From Stegastes partitus (taxonomy: Eukaryota): a stretch of 64,000 nucleotides of DNA. Location: positions 119,456-183,455 of the forward strand of contig NW_007579125.1 in the NCBI RefSeq assembly GCF_000690725.1. Direction: 5' to 3'. Positions 45,190-58,700 of this stretch are shown here, one piece after another. The notes beneath the pieces were generated by a model. It made no database searches. It saw nothing but the letters and a program-made list of their open reading frames with translations, and was not told the origin of the DNA. The number at the start of each line of letters is the position of its first letter. Position 1 is the stretch's first letter. The position numbers and the translations under genes were made by a program.

Positions 45190-46130
45190 CAGAATCATGA
45201 TAAGGTGCAATCAGACCGTTCAGTGCTTCAGAATGATCTGACTGCGCCTCATTATCATTTGATTAGATTAAACTTTATTGTCATCGCACATGTATAAGTG
45301 TGAAATGCAGTTAGCATCCAACCAGAAGTGCACTAATGCAGAGTATAAAGTGTAGATATATTGTTATATTATTCCACTAATGCAGCCATAACTACCTAAC
45401 AGTTGTTCCAAGTAACTATTTTTTAACTGTTAACTGTTTTACATTTTAAATCACATTAGGATGTAACTCCAGTTCTGTGCGTACTTATGTCGTTCTTTAC
45501 TTTTCATTGTGTTGGGTAGCTAGACTCTAGTCTAAGATGGCCACCATTGGCTCCACCCCTGGTTTAAAGAGGTTAGTGTTGTTAAATCTTAGCTTAGCCA
45601 GGCTGAGCAGCATCTAAATCCTTAATACCAAAAGAGCTGATCATTGTTTTTGAACTTGTTTGCGTTCTTTCTATTTTTAATTTTACAAGGTCGCGATAAG
45701 AGGATTGATATCACTCTAAAGTCTGTGTGTTAAGCTGGACAGGCTGCGTCCAAAGTGAGAAAAACACACCAAAGAAGACCTCTGAAGTACATTAATTAAC
45801 ACATTATATCTCCTCTGTTGAATCTATATGCAGACAAAAGTGTATAAACAACAGTTTGTAACTTTACGCATTGAATCTATTTCTTAGTGAGCTGAGTGTA
45901 GCTGAGCACAGTAGCTTGTTTCCTACACAGTCCAAAATAAAATGTGTTAGGATGTGTACCTGGAAACCTGCTCTGTGGATGGAGATGTTGCATCAAAGTG
46001 TTGGACAGATAAATAAACCGCTATTTATCAAGAAATAGCTTCAACACGTGGCAAAAGGTCCCCATAGAAGTTCCTTCCTGGTCTTTAAAGCTCATCAAAT
46101 CAGTTTCTGCTTGGTAAACTGCACAAACCA
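45190..46130 (+). repeat. dispersed repeat copy A (unclassified interspersed element), direct partner of 51720-52270
   Basis: cagaatcatgataaggtgcaatcagaccgtt...ttttcattgtgttgggtagctagactctagtctaagatggccaccattggctccacccctggtttaaagaggttagtgttgttaaatcttagcttagccaggctgagcagcatctaaat...aagctggacaggctgcgtccaaa...cacagtagcttgtttcctacacagtccaaaataaaatgtgttaggatgtgtacctggaaacctgctctgtggatggagatgttg...accgctatttatcaagaaatagcttcaacacgtgg...ctggtctttaaagctcatca. Confidence 0.7.
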
Positions 46131-49100
46131 CAGATTCAAAAAGTATTTTTTTCTTGTTTTTTTTAAACTTCTTGACAGATAGGCATCTGTGTTGATTGCA
46201 CCACTCGTCATAGTCGAAAATACAATTTCCTTTTCAAGGAAATGGTTTCTAACTGTGAATGACGAAAATAGCTGATGAAAGAGGAAAAAAGGGTCAGAAA
46301 ATACAGGAACTCGATGTGTTGTGATGATTTGGTTATTTCGTCTGATGCTCTATTGACTTTAATAGCAGTTTGTGGGCTTGATTGTCAAAGATGGTGATGT
46401 TCTGGGCGAGGAAAGTGCACAAACAAGCAAAGACAGAATATTAGTTCACTAATAGAGTTTTTTTTTCTTTTTCTCAGAACTGGAGGATGCCTGCCATCCT
46501 GACGCAGCCGCTAAAGTATTTACATCAGACCCTGTAGCCAACAGTGCAGCTCAGAGGCAGCAAGCTAAAACACGTCAACCGATGGCAGCTCTGCATCAAA
46601 GACTTCCAGAATTGCGACACAGCATTTGATTCACTTATATTTTTTTTGTTCTCATTTAAATCCTTTCTTGGAGTTTTTTTCCTTTCACATGGAAACTGGT
46701 GGTGCAGGAGGTCGACCTTTAAGTTGCATCCACGGTGCCCACGACATAAAAATTCAATGTGAGTGACGGAGCGAGGAGGTAATTGGTTCAGAAAGTGGCC
46801 AGCACATGACATAAGGATGAGAACGAGACTTCAAGTAGTTATTTCCTGATTAAGTCCTAATTTTCCTGCTCTGGTCCCACTAAAACCATCTGTTTATTTT
46901 CCCCTGATGGCTTTAAACAAGAGCGAGCGGGTAAACAAAATGAATCAGAGCCAGACTTACATCACGAGTAAGACATGCAGCAGAAAGCACAGTCTGAGCA
47001 AAAACATTAATTCTGTCAGGTAAAAGAGCTTTTGTCAGGAAACTGTTACAATGAGGTGTAATTAGCAACCACATATGTTTTTGTAAAAACACAAAATCTT
47101 ATCCTGCAAAGAATATATGACATAGAATGGAGTAAAGTGGAAAAATATTAGGCAATTTATGTTAAAATGACAAATTCAAGAAAGGAGTGGTCGGAGAAAC
47201 AAAAAAAAGAGCAAAAAAATATGCTTTAAAGTCAATTTCAAACATTTATTTGGGTACAAAATCTACAAAACAAAACCTGAGACATCTTTCTAACACTGCA
47301 AATTCCCGTCAGAAGCTCTGTTTTCCAGTAAACGTTGATGGATAATCTTAGTCTAGAAGTTTTAAAATAATGAGTCATGGGTTTGTAATAAATCTGCTTC
47401 ATGTAAATAATCAAGTCAAGAAGAGTAAATTATTATTGTAAGATGGAACATTAGTGAGAAAAGGGAAAGACTGAAGCAAAATGTTAATAAGAAGTTTAAC
47501 ATGGAGGCGCCGTGAAGCAGTGACTGACCTTTCTGGGATGTGATGTCTCTCTAAATGAAGTGTCGGATTCAAATCTCCCACTGCTGTCCAGCTCTGACAG
47601 TGTCTCTGTCAGCTCAGACCATAATAAACTGAACCATGTCCTGTCTCACAGGCTCTAACATGCTGCAGTCGGTGGGAGGCAGGCAGTGGGGTGTGTCCTT
47701 CTGTAAACTATCACTCTCTCTCACTCTGTCACAAATGTTGTATTTCATCTCCATGTATGAACATTCTGTGCCGTTTTCCCAAGTATCAGCACTATAAGTC
47801 TGTATACACTGAGTCCTCCGCATAAACAAACATGCATTCTTCATGAAATCACATGCTAGCTTCACATGGCAAAATGCAAATTTTTGTGTCCTCGGGCACC
47901 TTTTTTTTTTTTTTTTTTTTTCTTTCACTCTGAGTCAAGTGTTGTGTAATAAAAAAGGAACAGAGGAGTTATAGGTGATTCAAATTCTTGCACAAGCTGC
48001 CTGTGTCATAGATGCTGATCACACAAGCGCAAACACGCATATATGAAACACGCACACACACATGTAAAGCACACCAGTTTGTACAAGTCTCCTTCACCGT
48101 CAGGAATGTTGGTTTCCGCGTAGAACTGAACAAGCACGATTCCTCAGCCCTTATCTTTTCAGGTGTTCTTTGACGAACGTGCACGTCCTTGTTAAATGAC
48201 GCCATTTCTCCCCTTTGTGCAGTTTCACTTCTGCACCGGAGATGAGTAAACAGCGTTATCTGAAAATTATCTGTAAACCACTGAGCCACTGGAATGGGGA
48301 AGATGAAGACAATAAAGTTCTCTTACCTTTTTGCAATACAGCCGTGTTAAACTCCCTCTTTGGTCTTTGACTAAACCCTTAAAAAGTCACCTCTGTGTTT
48401 CAAAATTACTCGATTCCTTTGTTTTTTTTGGCTCAGATGTAACTCTACACTATTGCTTCCTTTAGATCTCTACGAAATCATTCATTCTTTCTCCACCCAA
48501 CACTCTGCCTTTTGCTGCATCTCAAGCACACCAGCTCACCTACAACTCTGCTCAAACACTGCTACACTATTCTACACAGCAGCATCCTGTCATATTAGAG
48601 TGATTCAGCCATATTTCCTAATTCTGAAGAAGACTAATGATACAGGAAGCCCCACCCTGCAAGTTAAAAGGATTGAACTATTTTAGAGTTTGTTACATAT
48701 AAAACTCTGAAAGTCTGAATCCTGCTTTAGAAACTGTGATCAGAACACTGCAGGTTCAAGGTGGAAATGTTCAGCTGTGCTGGTATTTTGCTCATAATTT
48801 GTCTTCCAGCGTATATAAAAAACACCACATGGACATGACAACATGGTAAAAAACTTGCTTTTCCCCAGAGGAGGCCTTTAAATGGATGAAACTATTGGTG
48901 GTGAAGTTGCATTGTGGGTATTGTAGGTGCCATGGCAGAACAATGAGTTGTTACCCAGGTACTCCAGCTGTCACATAAAAGTGGAGGGATTAGTTTGCCT
49001 AAAATTATTCCCATCACAAGACATTAATCATATAATAAAGGCTATCTAACCGTCTTCTTCCCAAAGTTTTCCTTATTGGAAAGCGTGAAAAAGGTTTGGA

Positions 49101-51719
49101 GCTAAACTGTAATTTCCTGAATTAATTTTTTGACTAAAGTTCCAAAGTTAGATAGAAACATACTATTTCATCAGTACCTTTACTGGCTCACTCCAAGGAT
49201 CCTCCATGTAAACACTTTGGTTCTATTCTGTAATAGTTGTTACAGATGGCGGATGCTATTGGATTTGCAAATATACTTTTGCTGCTGGAGAAATGTTATT
49301 TAACTTAGATTTAGGTCAAGAACAACCGACAAGAGTCTGACGTCGGCACAAACAATCTGAACTTTTATTACTGAGCTTTGAGAAACCTTAACAAAAAAAT
49401 CTATTACAGAGGAATTATGAACGAGGGTATCTTCATGACTAACCTGACTTCCATTTGGTTTTTGCACAATTAATGAAAAATGTAATGGGTCATAACTGCA
49501 TAAATGCAGCGGCTGAAAGCACAACTTTGTCATGTTTCTGTTAATGTTGTTCATATCTGCCTCTCAGCTGGCACTACTGAAGATCTGTTCAGCTATAGTT
49601 ATACCAACAAAAGAAAAGATTTCTTTTGAAGCAATCTCTGTGTAAGTGGTTATTTGAAAGACAAATGTGTACATACAGGTCTGCGCAATGTTGATTTGAC
49701 TGCAGCGTATTGATAAGTAGCCTGACTGTACTGTTGTGTTTCCGTTTCAAGATCCCAGAAGGCCTCAACACCACTTAAAGCCACCAAGTGTTTGATTAAG
49801 GATGTATTCACACTTAATTGAAAGATAAATGAATTAGATTTAAATAACGTTTCTATGTCTCTTGTAATGTGTGAGTGTAAATAACTGAGCGAATGTAATC
49901 TGTGTCAGAATCTTCGTTCTCAGCCTCCAAAAGCAGAGTTGACGTCTTGGCAAAGCTGAAGTGAAACCGTTCTGGCTTGGGCCACACGAGGGCAACACAC
50001 CCACATTTCTTCTCTTCCCATAAACTTGACACTCAGCAGTTCCTCCTATGTGTTGCACTCATTCATCACACTGCAGCAGTCCATTAACGATTTATTAGTC
50101 ATTCAACTTTACAGTTTCACAATTGCTGAAAACTTTCCATTTCTTGAGACGTCCTGTGTTTGAACTGCAGAAAATGTGTAAGCACACAGTACCTGAATGT
50201 TAAAAAAAGACATTTTTATTTGTTAATTTTGCTACATCAGGAGGATTTTAGGAACTAAAATAGACCTTTTTGTCACTTTGGAAAACCAAATGATTGTAAT
50301 TCAGAATATGTAATGATGGAAACTTAGCTCACTTCATCACTTATGCAACTGAATCTGAAACTGCATCTTTTTCTCTCCACTACTGGCGACAGCTGCTGTT
50401 TTTTACACTCCAAAACTTGAAATGATGACCACAGTGGATAAATAAATCCCTTGCAGCCTTCAATTTTAGCATGACTAAGGAGACATCAACTTCTCCAAAA
50501 CAACGTTGCCTCAAACTGTGAGAATAAATGATCCCATAATACAGATGTTGTTGTTGCATATGTCAGTTTTGTCACACTGACAAAAAAAACGTGCTGCTAA
50601 TTGCTGCATGCCTGCTTAACAGACAGGTTCTTGATTGACAGAAACAGAAATACACGTCAATAAAAAGTAATATTTTTTGCTGAATGTACTACACAATAAA
50701 TGTCAGCCATAAGTGACAGTCAACAGCTCAGACTGGAATCAGACCGAACTGTAGGTCAATTAAAAAGACTTAAAAGTCATTAAAAACAGATTTTATCTTG
50801 ATTATTCAGCGAGGAAACTTTCAAAATACCCGTAATTATAAACACTTACCATTAAAAATGGAGTTTAATTGTTAAAGTGACAACACTTATAGTTAAGGAA
50901 GCCAGAGAGCAAAAGGAAACATGCTGCTCAGTCATATTTCTGTTCCATGAGTCGGACCACCGAGTCAGAGTGCTGGTCGGCCACTGAACGATTCAGTGAA
51001 CTGTGTTTTTATCGAACTGGTTCAATAAAACCGTAACGCTGTAAAGAACTGTGTTGCACATCACTGAGGAAATGCTTCAGCTTTAGACTGTAGTAATGAG
51101 TAAATTTAAGGACTGACCTTTCATAAAAAACAGTGGCCAAAGTAACCAGGGAGGAGGTTGGGGTGATTGGATGGGTGGACAAAACATTGGACTAACATAA
51201 GAGTGCTGTTAACTTCCTATTTACAACTTAAAATCAACATTTCTGTGAACCAAAGCCATTTCAGAACCTTTGACTGCATATTTCTGATGATGATTCTAAT
51301 AGCCTCCTAGCCTGACGCACATAATGTAGACTTCATGTATAAGATGGCCATTTCTGTCAAGCCTATGATTTATGAATTCTTTTGAACTAATCATTTTAAT
51401 GACAGTGCTCAGCTCTCTGCATGCAAATATTCTACCAAAACAGTTTCCAGAACACAATTTTGCAAGTACATATGAATGATAAAGTCCTTAGAGGACCTTA
51501 GAGGACTTTATCCTGCCTTTAAAAAGAACATTCTGGGGGGTAAAAGAAAACCTCCCACTGAAAACATATGCAGAAATGTCTTAGTACGTTTTAAGAACTA
51601 AAAAACCCTAGCTGAGTAGCTCTGCCCAAGACAATTGGGATTGTTAAAAAAATAAAATAAAATTAAAATAACATAAAATGTGCACACACACAAACAATAA
51701 AGAACTTTTTTCCCCCATA

Positions 51720-52270
51720 GCAGAATGATAATGAGGTGTTGCCAGACCATTCTTCAATGCTGACACAGTGCTTTTCATTGTGTTGGGTAGCTAGACTCTA
51801 GTCTAAGATGGCCACCATTGGCTCCATCCCTGGTTTAAAGAGGTTGGTGTTGTTAAATCTTCGCTTAGCCAGGCTGAGCAGCATTTAAATAATATTCTTC
51901 ATATCAAAAGAGTTGATCATCGTTCTTGAAAACCCACTTAAGCTGGTCAGGCTGCGTCCAAATTACCACATTATATCGCCTCTGTTTAATCTGTATGCAG
52001 ATAAAAGTGTAAAAACAACAATTTGTGACTGAGCACAGTAGCTTGTTTTCACAGCAACGTTGCCGTCTTTCCTACACAGTCCAAAATAAAATGTGTTAGG
52101 TTGTGTACCTGAAAAGCTGCTCTGTGGATGGAGATGTTGTGTGAAAGTGTTGGCCAGATAAGCAAACCGCTATTTATCAAGAAATAGCTTCAACACGTGG
52201 CTGAAGGTGCGTATAGACGCTCCTCTCTGGTCTTTAAAGCTCATCACATCAAATTTTGCTTGGTAAATCT
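51720..52270 (+). repeat. dispersed repeat copy B (about 85-90% identical to copy A, with internal deletions)
   Basis: cagaatgataatgaggtgttgccagaccatt...cttttcattgtgttgggtagctagactctagtctaagatggccaccattggctccatccctggtttaaagaggttggtgttgttaaatcttcgcttagccaggctgagcagcatttaaat...aagctggtcaggctgcgtccaaa...cacagtccaaaataaaatgtgttaggttgtgtacctgaaaagctgctctgtggatggagatgttg...accgctatttatcaagaaatagcttcaacacgtgg...ctggtctttaaagctcatca. Confidence 0.7.
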
Positions 52271-52689
52271 GTCATGTAATGTTGACACAGTGCTGTCCAG
52301 ATTAGCCCAGCAATGCAAGACTAGACTAAACCTGAGCAAACAAGTAAGCAAGCTCAGAAAATGCCCATAGCAGTACATTTTAGCTAAAAATCCATGATAC
52401 GAGGAGCCTCAAAAAAGCTCTAGGCCTCATCAAGAAAAGACTGTTCTTGCATTGTTTTCCAACATAGTCTCCTTTAATTTCAATGCCCTTGGTTCACTGA
52501 TGTTTAAACTTTGCTATAGCTTCGTGGAAGAAGGTCACATCTTGAGTCACCAGATTCTCCTCAACAGCATGCATCACCTCATCATCACTCTGAAAATGGT
52601 GGTTTCAGTTTGGGCAACAGAAGTTGGATGGCGCAGGTCGGGTAAGCAAGGTGCATGGGGCAACATTTCAAAGCCACTTTATTCTTTGA

Positions 52690-54210
52690 TTGCTTCAAAC
52701 ATTTAAGTTTTTGTGAACAGTTACATAAGACTGTATAGTTTACAGGTATGCCCCAAAATGGGAGTTATGCCCCTTGTTCCTGGGTGAGAACTTTTTGAAG
52801 TATCCTTGTAGATTGAACATACACTTAAATGGTTGAATCAGCCATCACAAGCCTCTCTTTGGACTTTTTCATCGCTACCATATAGCATTTTTCCTTTTAA
52901 TGTTCGAATGTCATGTTGGGATTCAGTGATGGTGGAGGACCAACAGTTTATCAAGTCTTACTAAGGGCTTTTAGAAATCCTTGTGTTTGTCATCATTTCT
53001 TTGCAGATGACACCCTTTTTAAATCAGCGCTTGATCGTCCGTGTCCGTTATTTTGTGTCTTAGGTGCTCTTCCGTCCCCACTTAAAATCAGCAAAACTTC
53101 TTTACATTTCCTCTTTATGCAGGTACTTGATCACAGCTTTGGCTTACTTCTTTTTCAAACTGTGTTTTCCCTCTCACCTACTAATTTTCAAATGGTGCCA
53201 CCTGCAAAGAAATGATGGCAAACGCAAGAATTTCTAAAGGCCCTCAGTAAGATTTGATAAACTATTGCTCCAACTCCCATTTTGGTGCACAGCTGTATAC
53301 TCTAAAACCCTACAGCACTGTCCACAAGGACGGGAATGTTTGTTGTCATTTCTTTGCAGATGATGCCCTTTGAACATCAGTATGTCAGAGGGAAACCAAA
53401 AAATGGACAAGAAAGATGCCAGACCTGGACACTGATGTCCACTGTTTCCGTTATGTGTTGGACACTCTTTCTTTTCCATTGTTTTTTTGGTTTTTCTGAC
53501 GGATTTTCAAAGGGCGTCATCTGCAAAGAAATGACGACAAACATTTGAGTTTTTGTGGAAAGTGACAGAAGCCTTCATAGTATACAGTTACACTCCTTGT
53601 TTCTGGGTGAAGCCACGAACTGTTTGAAGTACCCTTGTAGTCTGGACATACAATGAACGACTTTGGATTTTTTTTTATTGCTATGATATAACAATTTTCC
53701 TGTGCCATTTTGTCATGGTGAAGAAGAAGGCGTTTACCAAGTCTTACCAAGGGCCTTTCAAAATTCTTGTGTTTGTCATCATTTTCTTGGAAGTTGACAA
53801 AATCAGCAGATGAGAGTGAAGCTGGACAAAAAAAGATGGCAGAGCTCGACACTGGTGTCTGTTGAGGATTGTTTGGTTTCTCTCTGACCTACTGATTTTC
53901 AAAGGGCGTCCACTGCAAAGAAATGACGACAAACATTTGAGTTTTTGTGGAAAGTGACATAAGCCTTTGTAGTATCAAGTTATGCTCCAAAATGGGAGTT
54001 AAGCCCCTTGTTTCTAGGGGACGCCTCAACCTTTTTGAAGTACCCTTTTAGTCTGGACATACTCTTGAATGGCTTTTTTATCGCCATGATACAATAATTT
54101 TCTCGATCATGTTTAAGTGCCATTTTGGGATTTAGTGACAGTGGGGGAGTTTATCAAGTCTTACTGAGGGCCTTTAGAAATTCTTGCCTCGCTGGTAGCA
54201 CTTTTTCCTC
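52690..54210. repeat. satellite-like tandem array, about 390-bp unit, 4 or more copies
   Basis: Recurring blocks tgtg(g/a)a(a/c)agt(g/t)aca(t/g)aag(c/a)c...tacaggtatgccccaaaatgggagtta(t/a)gcccc(t)tgtt(c/t)ct(g/a)gg...tttgaagta(t/c)cctt(g/t)tag(a/t)(t/c)tggacata...atcaagtcttac(t/c)aagggc(t/c)tt(t/c)agaaat(t/c)cttg and ...gattttcaaagggcgtc(a/c)(t/a)ctgcaaagaaatgacgacaaacatttgagtttttgtggaaagtgaca at about 53500 and about 53890. Confidence 0.7.
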
Positions 54211-54329
54211 TCCCCGACCACACTGCAACATCTTGAGATCAGTCCAGGATCCAAGGCCTGCCCACACAACCCCAAGAGGATGACAGGGAGAGTGAAACAA
54301 ACCCCCAGCTCCACGCCAGTATAACATAC

Positions 54330-55541
54330 GCCTAATGATTGTGAGAACCGGAGGAGGGCGAAGAAGGAGGACAGAGGAGAGAGACGGATCGGAGGGGGGG
54401 GAAGGAGGAGGAATAAGGAGCTGGACTGAGCCAGAGAGAGTGTGTTTATTTAAGTTTTTCGTCTCCTGACTCAGACAGAGAGCAGACTACAGAGGATAAT
54501 GAGAAACAGATCTTTGGTGGAGAGGAAGAGGAGGGAGGGGAGGTTCGGCCAGAAGGAGGGACGATTTGTTGGGGGGGGAATAAAACTGAAGAAGAAGAAG
54601 AAAAAAGGGGGAGGAGAGGGAAGAGCCAAAAAAGGGGGGGTAGCTGTCGTGTTCATCGCCACAGGAAATAGGCCCTCTTATGTTCACTAACTGACAGTTA
54701 ACATCACAGCCCTGGTGGCCGAGCAGCCGGCCCACAATGGCAGGTTTTGGAGACAGTGAGCTGCTTGCCATGTGTCCTGCTCATGATTGGAATAATAATC
54801 GCATTATTTGGGTTCAACTGTGTGGAAAGTTACTGATGCTGGAATCACTTTTTAGGCTAATTTTAGTAGGAAAACAGCAGTAAAATGTTGTCCAAACGGT
54901 GCAAAATAAGATGAGAAAAGCCACATTTGCAGGGTATTAAAGTAAAAAGAGAAGGAAAAAAAAAACCCTCTCCAGAGTGAGTGAGGAAGGGGGGAGGAGA
55001 GGATGGAGGTTGGGCAGGGGGGATTCATGACTGACACCCATGAGGCCCTATGGGGAAGGAGTAACGGACCAACTGGAGCTGGGAAACCCACCCAAAGGCA
55101 ATTAAGGGTAAAGGACGACAAAAATATTTGATAAACTTTTTTTTCACCCCTTTCTCTCTCTCGCTCTCTGTGCGTCTTAAACGGGGAAGAAGAAGCTACA
55201 GGGATGGCGATGGAGCGAGAATGAAAGAGCTGACTGTGTTTGGGGGAAGAAGAAGAAGAAGAAGAAGAAGTGAATTCTCCAGAGCGAATTTCAAAGGCAT
55301 CAAGTCTGAGAAACTTGCAAAAACCCCCGAGCAAGAAGCAGTGGAAAAGTTGCCGGAGCAAAGCCTTTCCAAGATGAGGAATATTTGCGCAATGACACGC
55401 ACGCATAGGAGGAAGTTTTTGGGAATATCTTCGTGAAAGTTTCTCCTCTTTTTTTTTGCGCATCAAGGACATTAAAAGTCGCCGTGTCCGAGGCAGGGGA
55501 GATAAGATTGTATCAGCGTCCCTGTATCCTGCCGGAGGGCG
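54330..55541 (+). promoter_or_regulatory. nfatc4: nfatc4 promoter / 5' UTR region with long purine (GA/GGA) tracts
   Basis: GGAGGAGG / GAAGAAGAAG runs at 54340-54660 and 55240-55280, GC-rich, immediately upstream of the exon 1a ATG. Confidence 0.4.
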
Positions 55542-55725
55542 ATGGGGGCCGCGCCGGGCTCGGGCTGGGAGGAGGGCGAGTTCGAGTTCAAGCTGGTGTT
55601 TGAGGAGGATCCGCCGCCGCGCCAGAGCCAGGGGCCGTCCCCGGTGCGCACAACCGAGCCGGAGAGCTCCGTGGCCAGGGAGGAAAGCGAGGGCGCCCTG
55701 CTGCACCTGGATTCCAGCAGCCTGG
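55542..55725 (+). CDS. nfatc4: nfatc4 exon 1a (ATG 55542)
   Basis: ORF-track ORF 55542..55730. Encodes MGAAPGSGWEEGEFEFKLVFEEDPPPRQSQGPSPVRTTEPESSVAREESEGALLHLDSSSL plus 1 nt. Donor gttaga (phase 1). Preceded by about 1.2 kb of GA-rich, GC-rich 5' region. Confidence 0.65.
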
Positions 55726-58700
55726 GTTAGACTCCTTCTTTGAGTGGATGAAAGTGTTAAATTAAACATGACGATATAGGTTTTAATGCATGGGAATGCG
55801 TGCGTCTCTGTGGTGATGGAGGGCCTTCATGTTATGTGAAGTGTGCGTGCCTGCTTCTGCATATTTTTCACTTGTGTGTTTGTTTTGCGTTTGCGTGCAT
55901 ATCTCGCTGTATCCCGAGTGCATTTGTGTGTTTGTGCATGTGTGCGTGCAGCCCCAGACTCAATGTGTTTCCAATCAGCTGTGCGTGTGAGTGAAGTTAA
56001 CAGCTGCCATCTGGGGAGGAACCTCAACCTCTGTGTACTGAACACGCACCACATACACACCTCCCTCCCTCCCTGTTTCACTCACCCCTTCATCTCCCTC
56101 ATTTTTTTTTTTTTTTTACCTCCACTCTCTCACACATGCACACCTCACATCCTCACATGCACTCATTTGTTTCCCGCCCACACTGGCATACAGTTGTATC
56201 ACCACACCCAAGGCATGAAAGTGAACTGCAGGAGAAACAACAGAGCATTTCTTCACTTTGGGTGATAAGTTGTTCTGTTTATTTGTTAGTTGTTTTACAT
56301 TTCAGCAGGCAAACTCTTACACGGGCTGACCTTTGCATCGCTCCTGGATTTCCATACATGTAGTCATGTAGCATGTCAGTGTAACACAACTTTTTTGGCT
56401 TCTGAATACAAGAAGTTTTGACTTGTCACCCAGATCCAACTAAAAAGTTAGTCTGAGATGCTCGACGAGGCCAAATAGAGCGATTTCTCAAGATATCTGC
56501 TGAAAAACAGTGATTTATTTTTCCCAAAGGTACAATCTGTAGCCCATGTTTAGCTGGTTAAAGTGTAGTTGGAGTCATTTAACAAGAAATCCAAAGGTTG
56601 TTGTGGTGCAGTCGACACTGCGTTCCTTTCTAAATGAATTCTATTTACGGCAACCGCCATGAATCACACTCTGAAACTGATTTTAAAAATCTAAATTTAA
56701 TGTCGTGTCATGACTGCCGCCTGTTTTATGAGGTCAGTGTTTGTGTTAAACTCTGAAAAAAATGGAATTGTTGGACCAACGTTGACAGATTGCTTCATGT
56801 AGTAACACGCAATTGAATGAAGTTTATAGAATAGACTTAATTTATTGTTATTGCAAAGTGTACAGTGAAATTAATCAGGAATTTTGTCTGCATTCGCACA
56901 TGAAGACGTTTTTTAAAAGTACAGTAAGAAATGTGCAAATATGTGCAACCAAAAAATGGTATTTGCAGGTGCATTTATGAAAACCGTGGTGGCATATTCT
57001 ATTAACGATAGTTGACGCTAATTAAGTTTTAAAATATTTCGATGCCACTGTTTTGAAGCTAGATGTACTTTAATGATTTGGTTCCTCTCAGATGCTGCGA
57101 CTTAATTTGAAAGAAAGTCAACTTGAAGTTTCCAATTTCTCCAACTCAATCGTTCACTTTACACAAGCGTAAAATGTACAACGTGATTTTGCCATTAGAC
57201 GTACAGCTCTTTCCATTTCTCTGTAACCCTGCCTGAAGAAGACAGTAGTTGAGTTGCAGCAGAAAAATTTGAAGAAACGTGGACGCCATGACGTGCTGCA
57301 CACTCCTGTGTAAGCAGTAAACCCAATGTTCACTTCTGAAATCAGAAATTAAAGTGAAATTATGTGAACGATGCCAGTTTAAAGGGACAAAGTGCAAATT
57401 CATGATAATTGAATCCAACAACTGCCTTCACAAAAGCAGAAAGATGAATTAGATTTACTACAGATGTTTCACAGTAAAGTGTTATCTAGTGTTTATAGAG
57501 AACATTCTGATAAAGGAAACACAATTCGGTGTGGGAAAAGTACTTTCATGCTCATATAATGACCGCTTGGATCTGTTTTGTGACCTCTTGAGTGGACGCT
57601 GACCCCAATTTGGGAGCCACTGATGTAAAAATCACATTTTGTTAGTCATTATACTCCCCACAATCACAAGTATTTTTGGTCTGTTAGACTTTATATGAGA
57701 CTTCCCATAAAACTGACTCATACATCTGAATGATTTGTATCATAAACAGTTTTAAGAGGAGAACTGAATGTGCTAACTTCCCTATTAAGTTTGAGAAACA
57801 AAGAAAAGTGAAAAGAAATAACGATAGTTTTGTGTAGCAGAAATATGTCTTTTTTTTTACTTGCTTAACCATAATTTCTAATTTATTGCATTTTTATATC
57901 ACAGATGATAAAAAAAACACCCATTGAGGGAAAATTCACTATTAATTTGAACTATTTTGAGGGAAAACAGGAACTATTTGAGGAGAATCTGAAAAGTAAA
58001 CATTGCTTTGTGTAGCAGAAATGTGTATTTATGCCTTCGATGATTATCTCATGAGGCTGCACGTTTATATTTCAACTGCTGAAACCAGGTTGGGAAGATC
58101 TAATTATCATTCCTTGCGTGAGGTTCATGTCAGGATACAAGATTAAGTAGTGAAGTATATTTGGAGTGCAGATGAGGCTTTACCTAAGCAAGCAGCAAAC
58201 TGATCACGTCTTTTGATGCTTTTCATATTAGTAAAAAAAAAAACAAAAATATAGGTACTTTGAGACAGTGTGCTAAGTAGGTCAGGATTTCCAGGAGAAT
58301 GCAGCTGTGTTTAGTAGCTATCTTGTAAATTTAGTTGGAAATTAAAATGATCTGTTAATTTGCAAGATAACAAAAGGAACAAAGAGTGGAAAAAACATTA
58401 AAAAAACGAACGCAATTTTGTGACTTGATTATGTTTATTCTGGTTTCTAATTGCGTTAAACATCTCTGGATGACGATGGCTCGTTGCGAAAGCTTCATCT
58501 CAGGGCAGGATGAAATATTTTAGGATGTTAGATCTGAGGATTAGGCTTCGGAAAACAACTGATTGCCTTCAATGACTTCAGGCAATAATACAGTTTTCTG
58601 CTCATCTGTATGCAATATATATACACGTTGACAAATAGCTATAGGGCACATGCAATGTATTTAAGAGGAAAAAACAAGTAGCAATAGCAAAACGTCTGCT

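Noticed and set aside
46525-50060. Short ORFs between ltb4r and the dispersed repeats (46525..46812, 47614..47928, 47969..48289, 49300..50058), considered as a possible second BLT receptor (ltb4r2)
   Set aside because: None shows GPCR motifs (no NPxxY, no DRY/CWxP context) or any other family signature. None has splice support.
54852-55769. 305-aa minus-strand ORF, the longest in the window
   Set aside because: It is antisense to the GC- and GA-rich 5' region and exon 1a of nfatc4. It has a low-complexity (Ser/Leu/Arg/Pro) composition and no domain. It is a compositional artefact.
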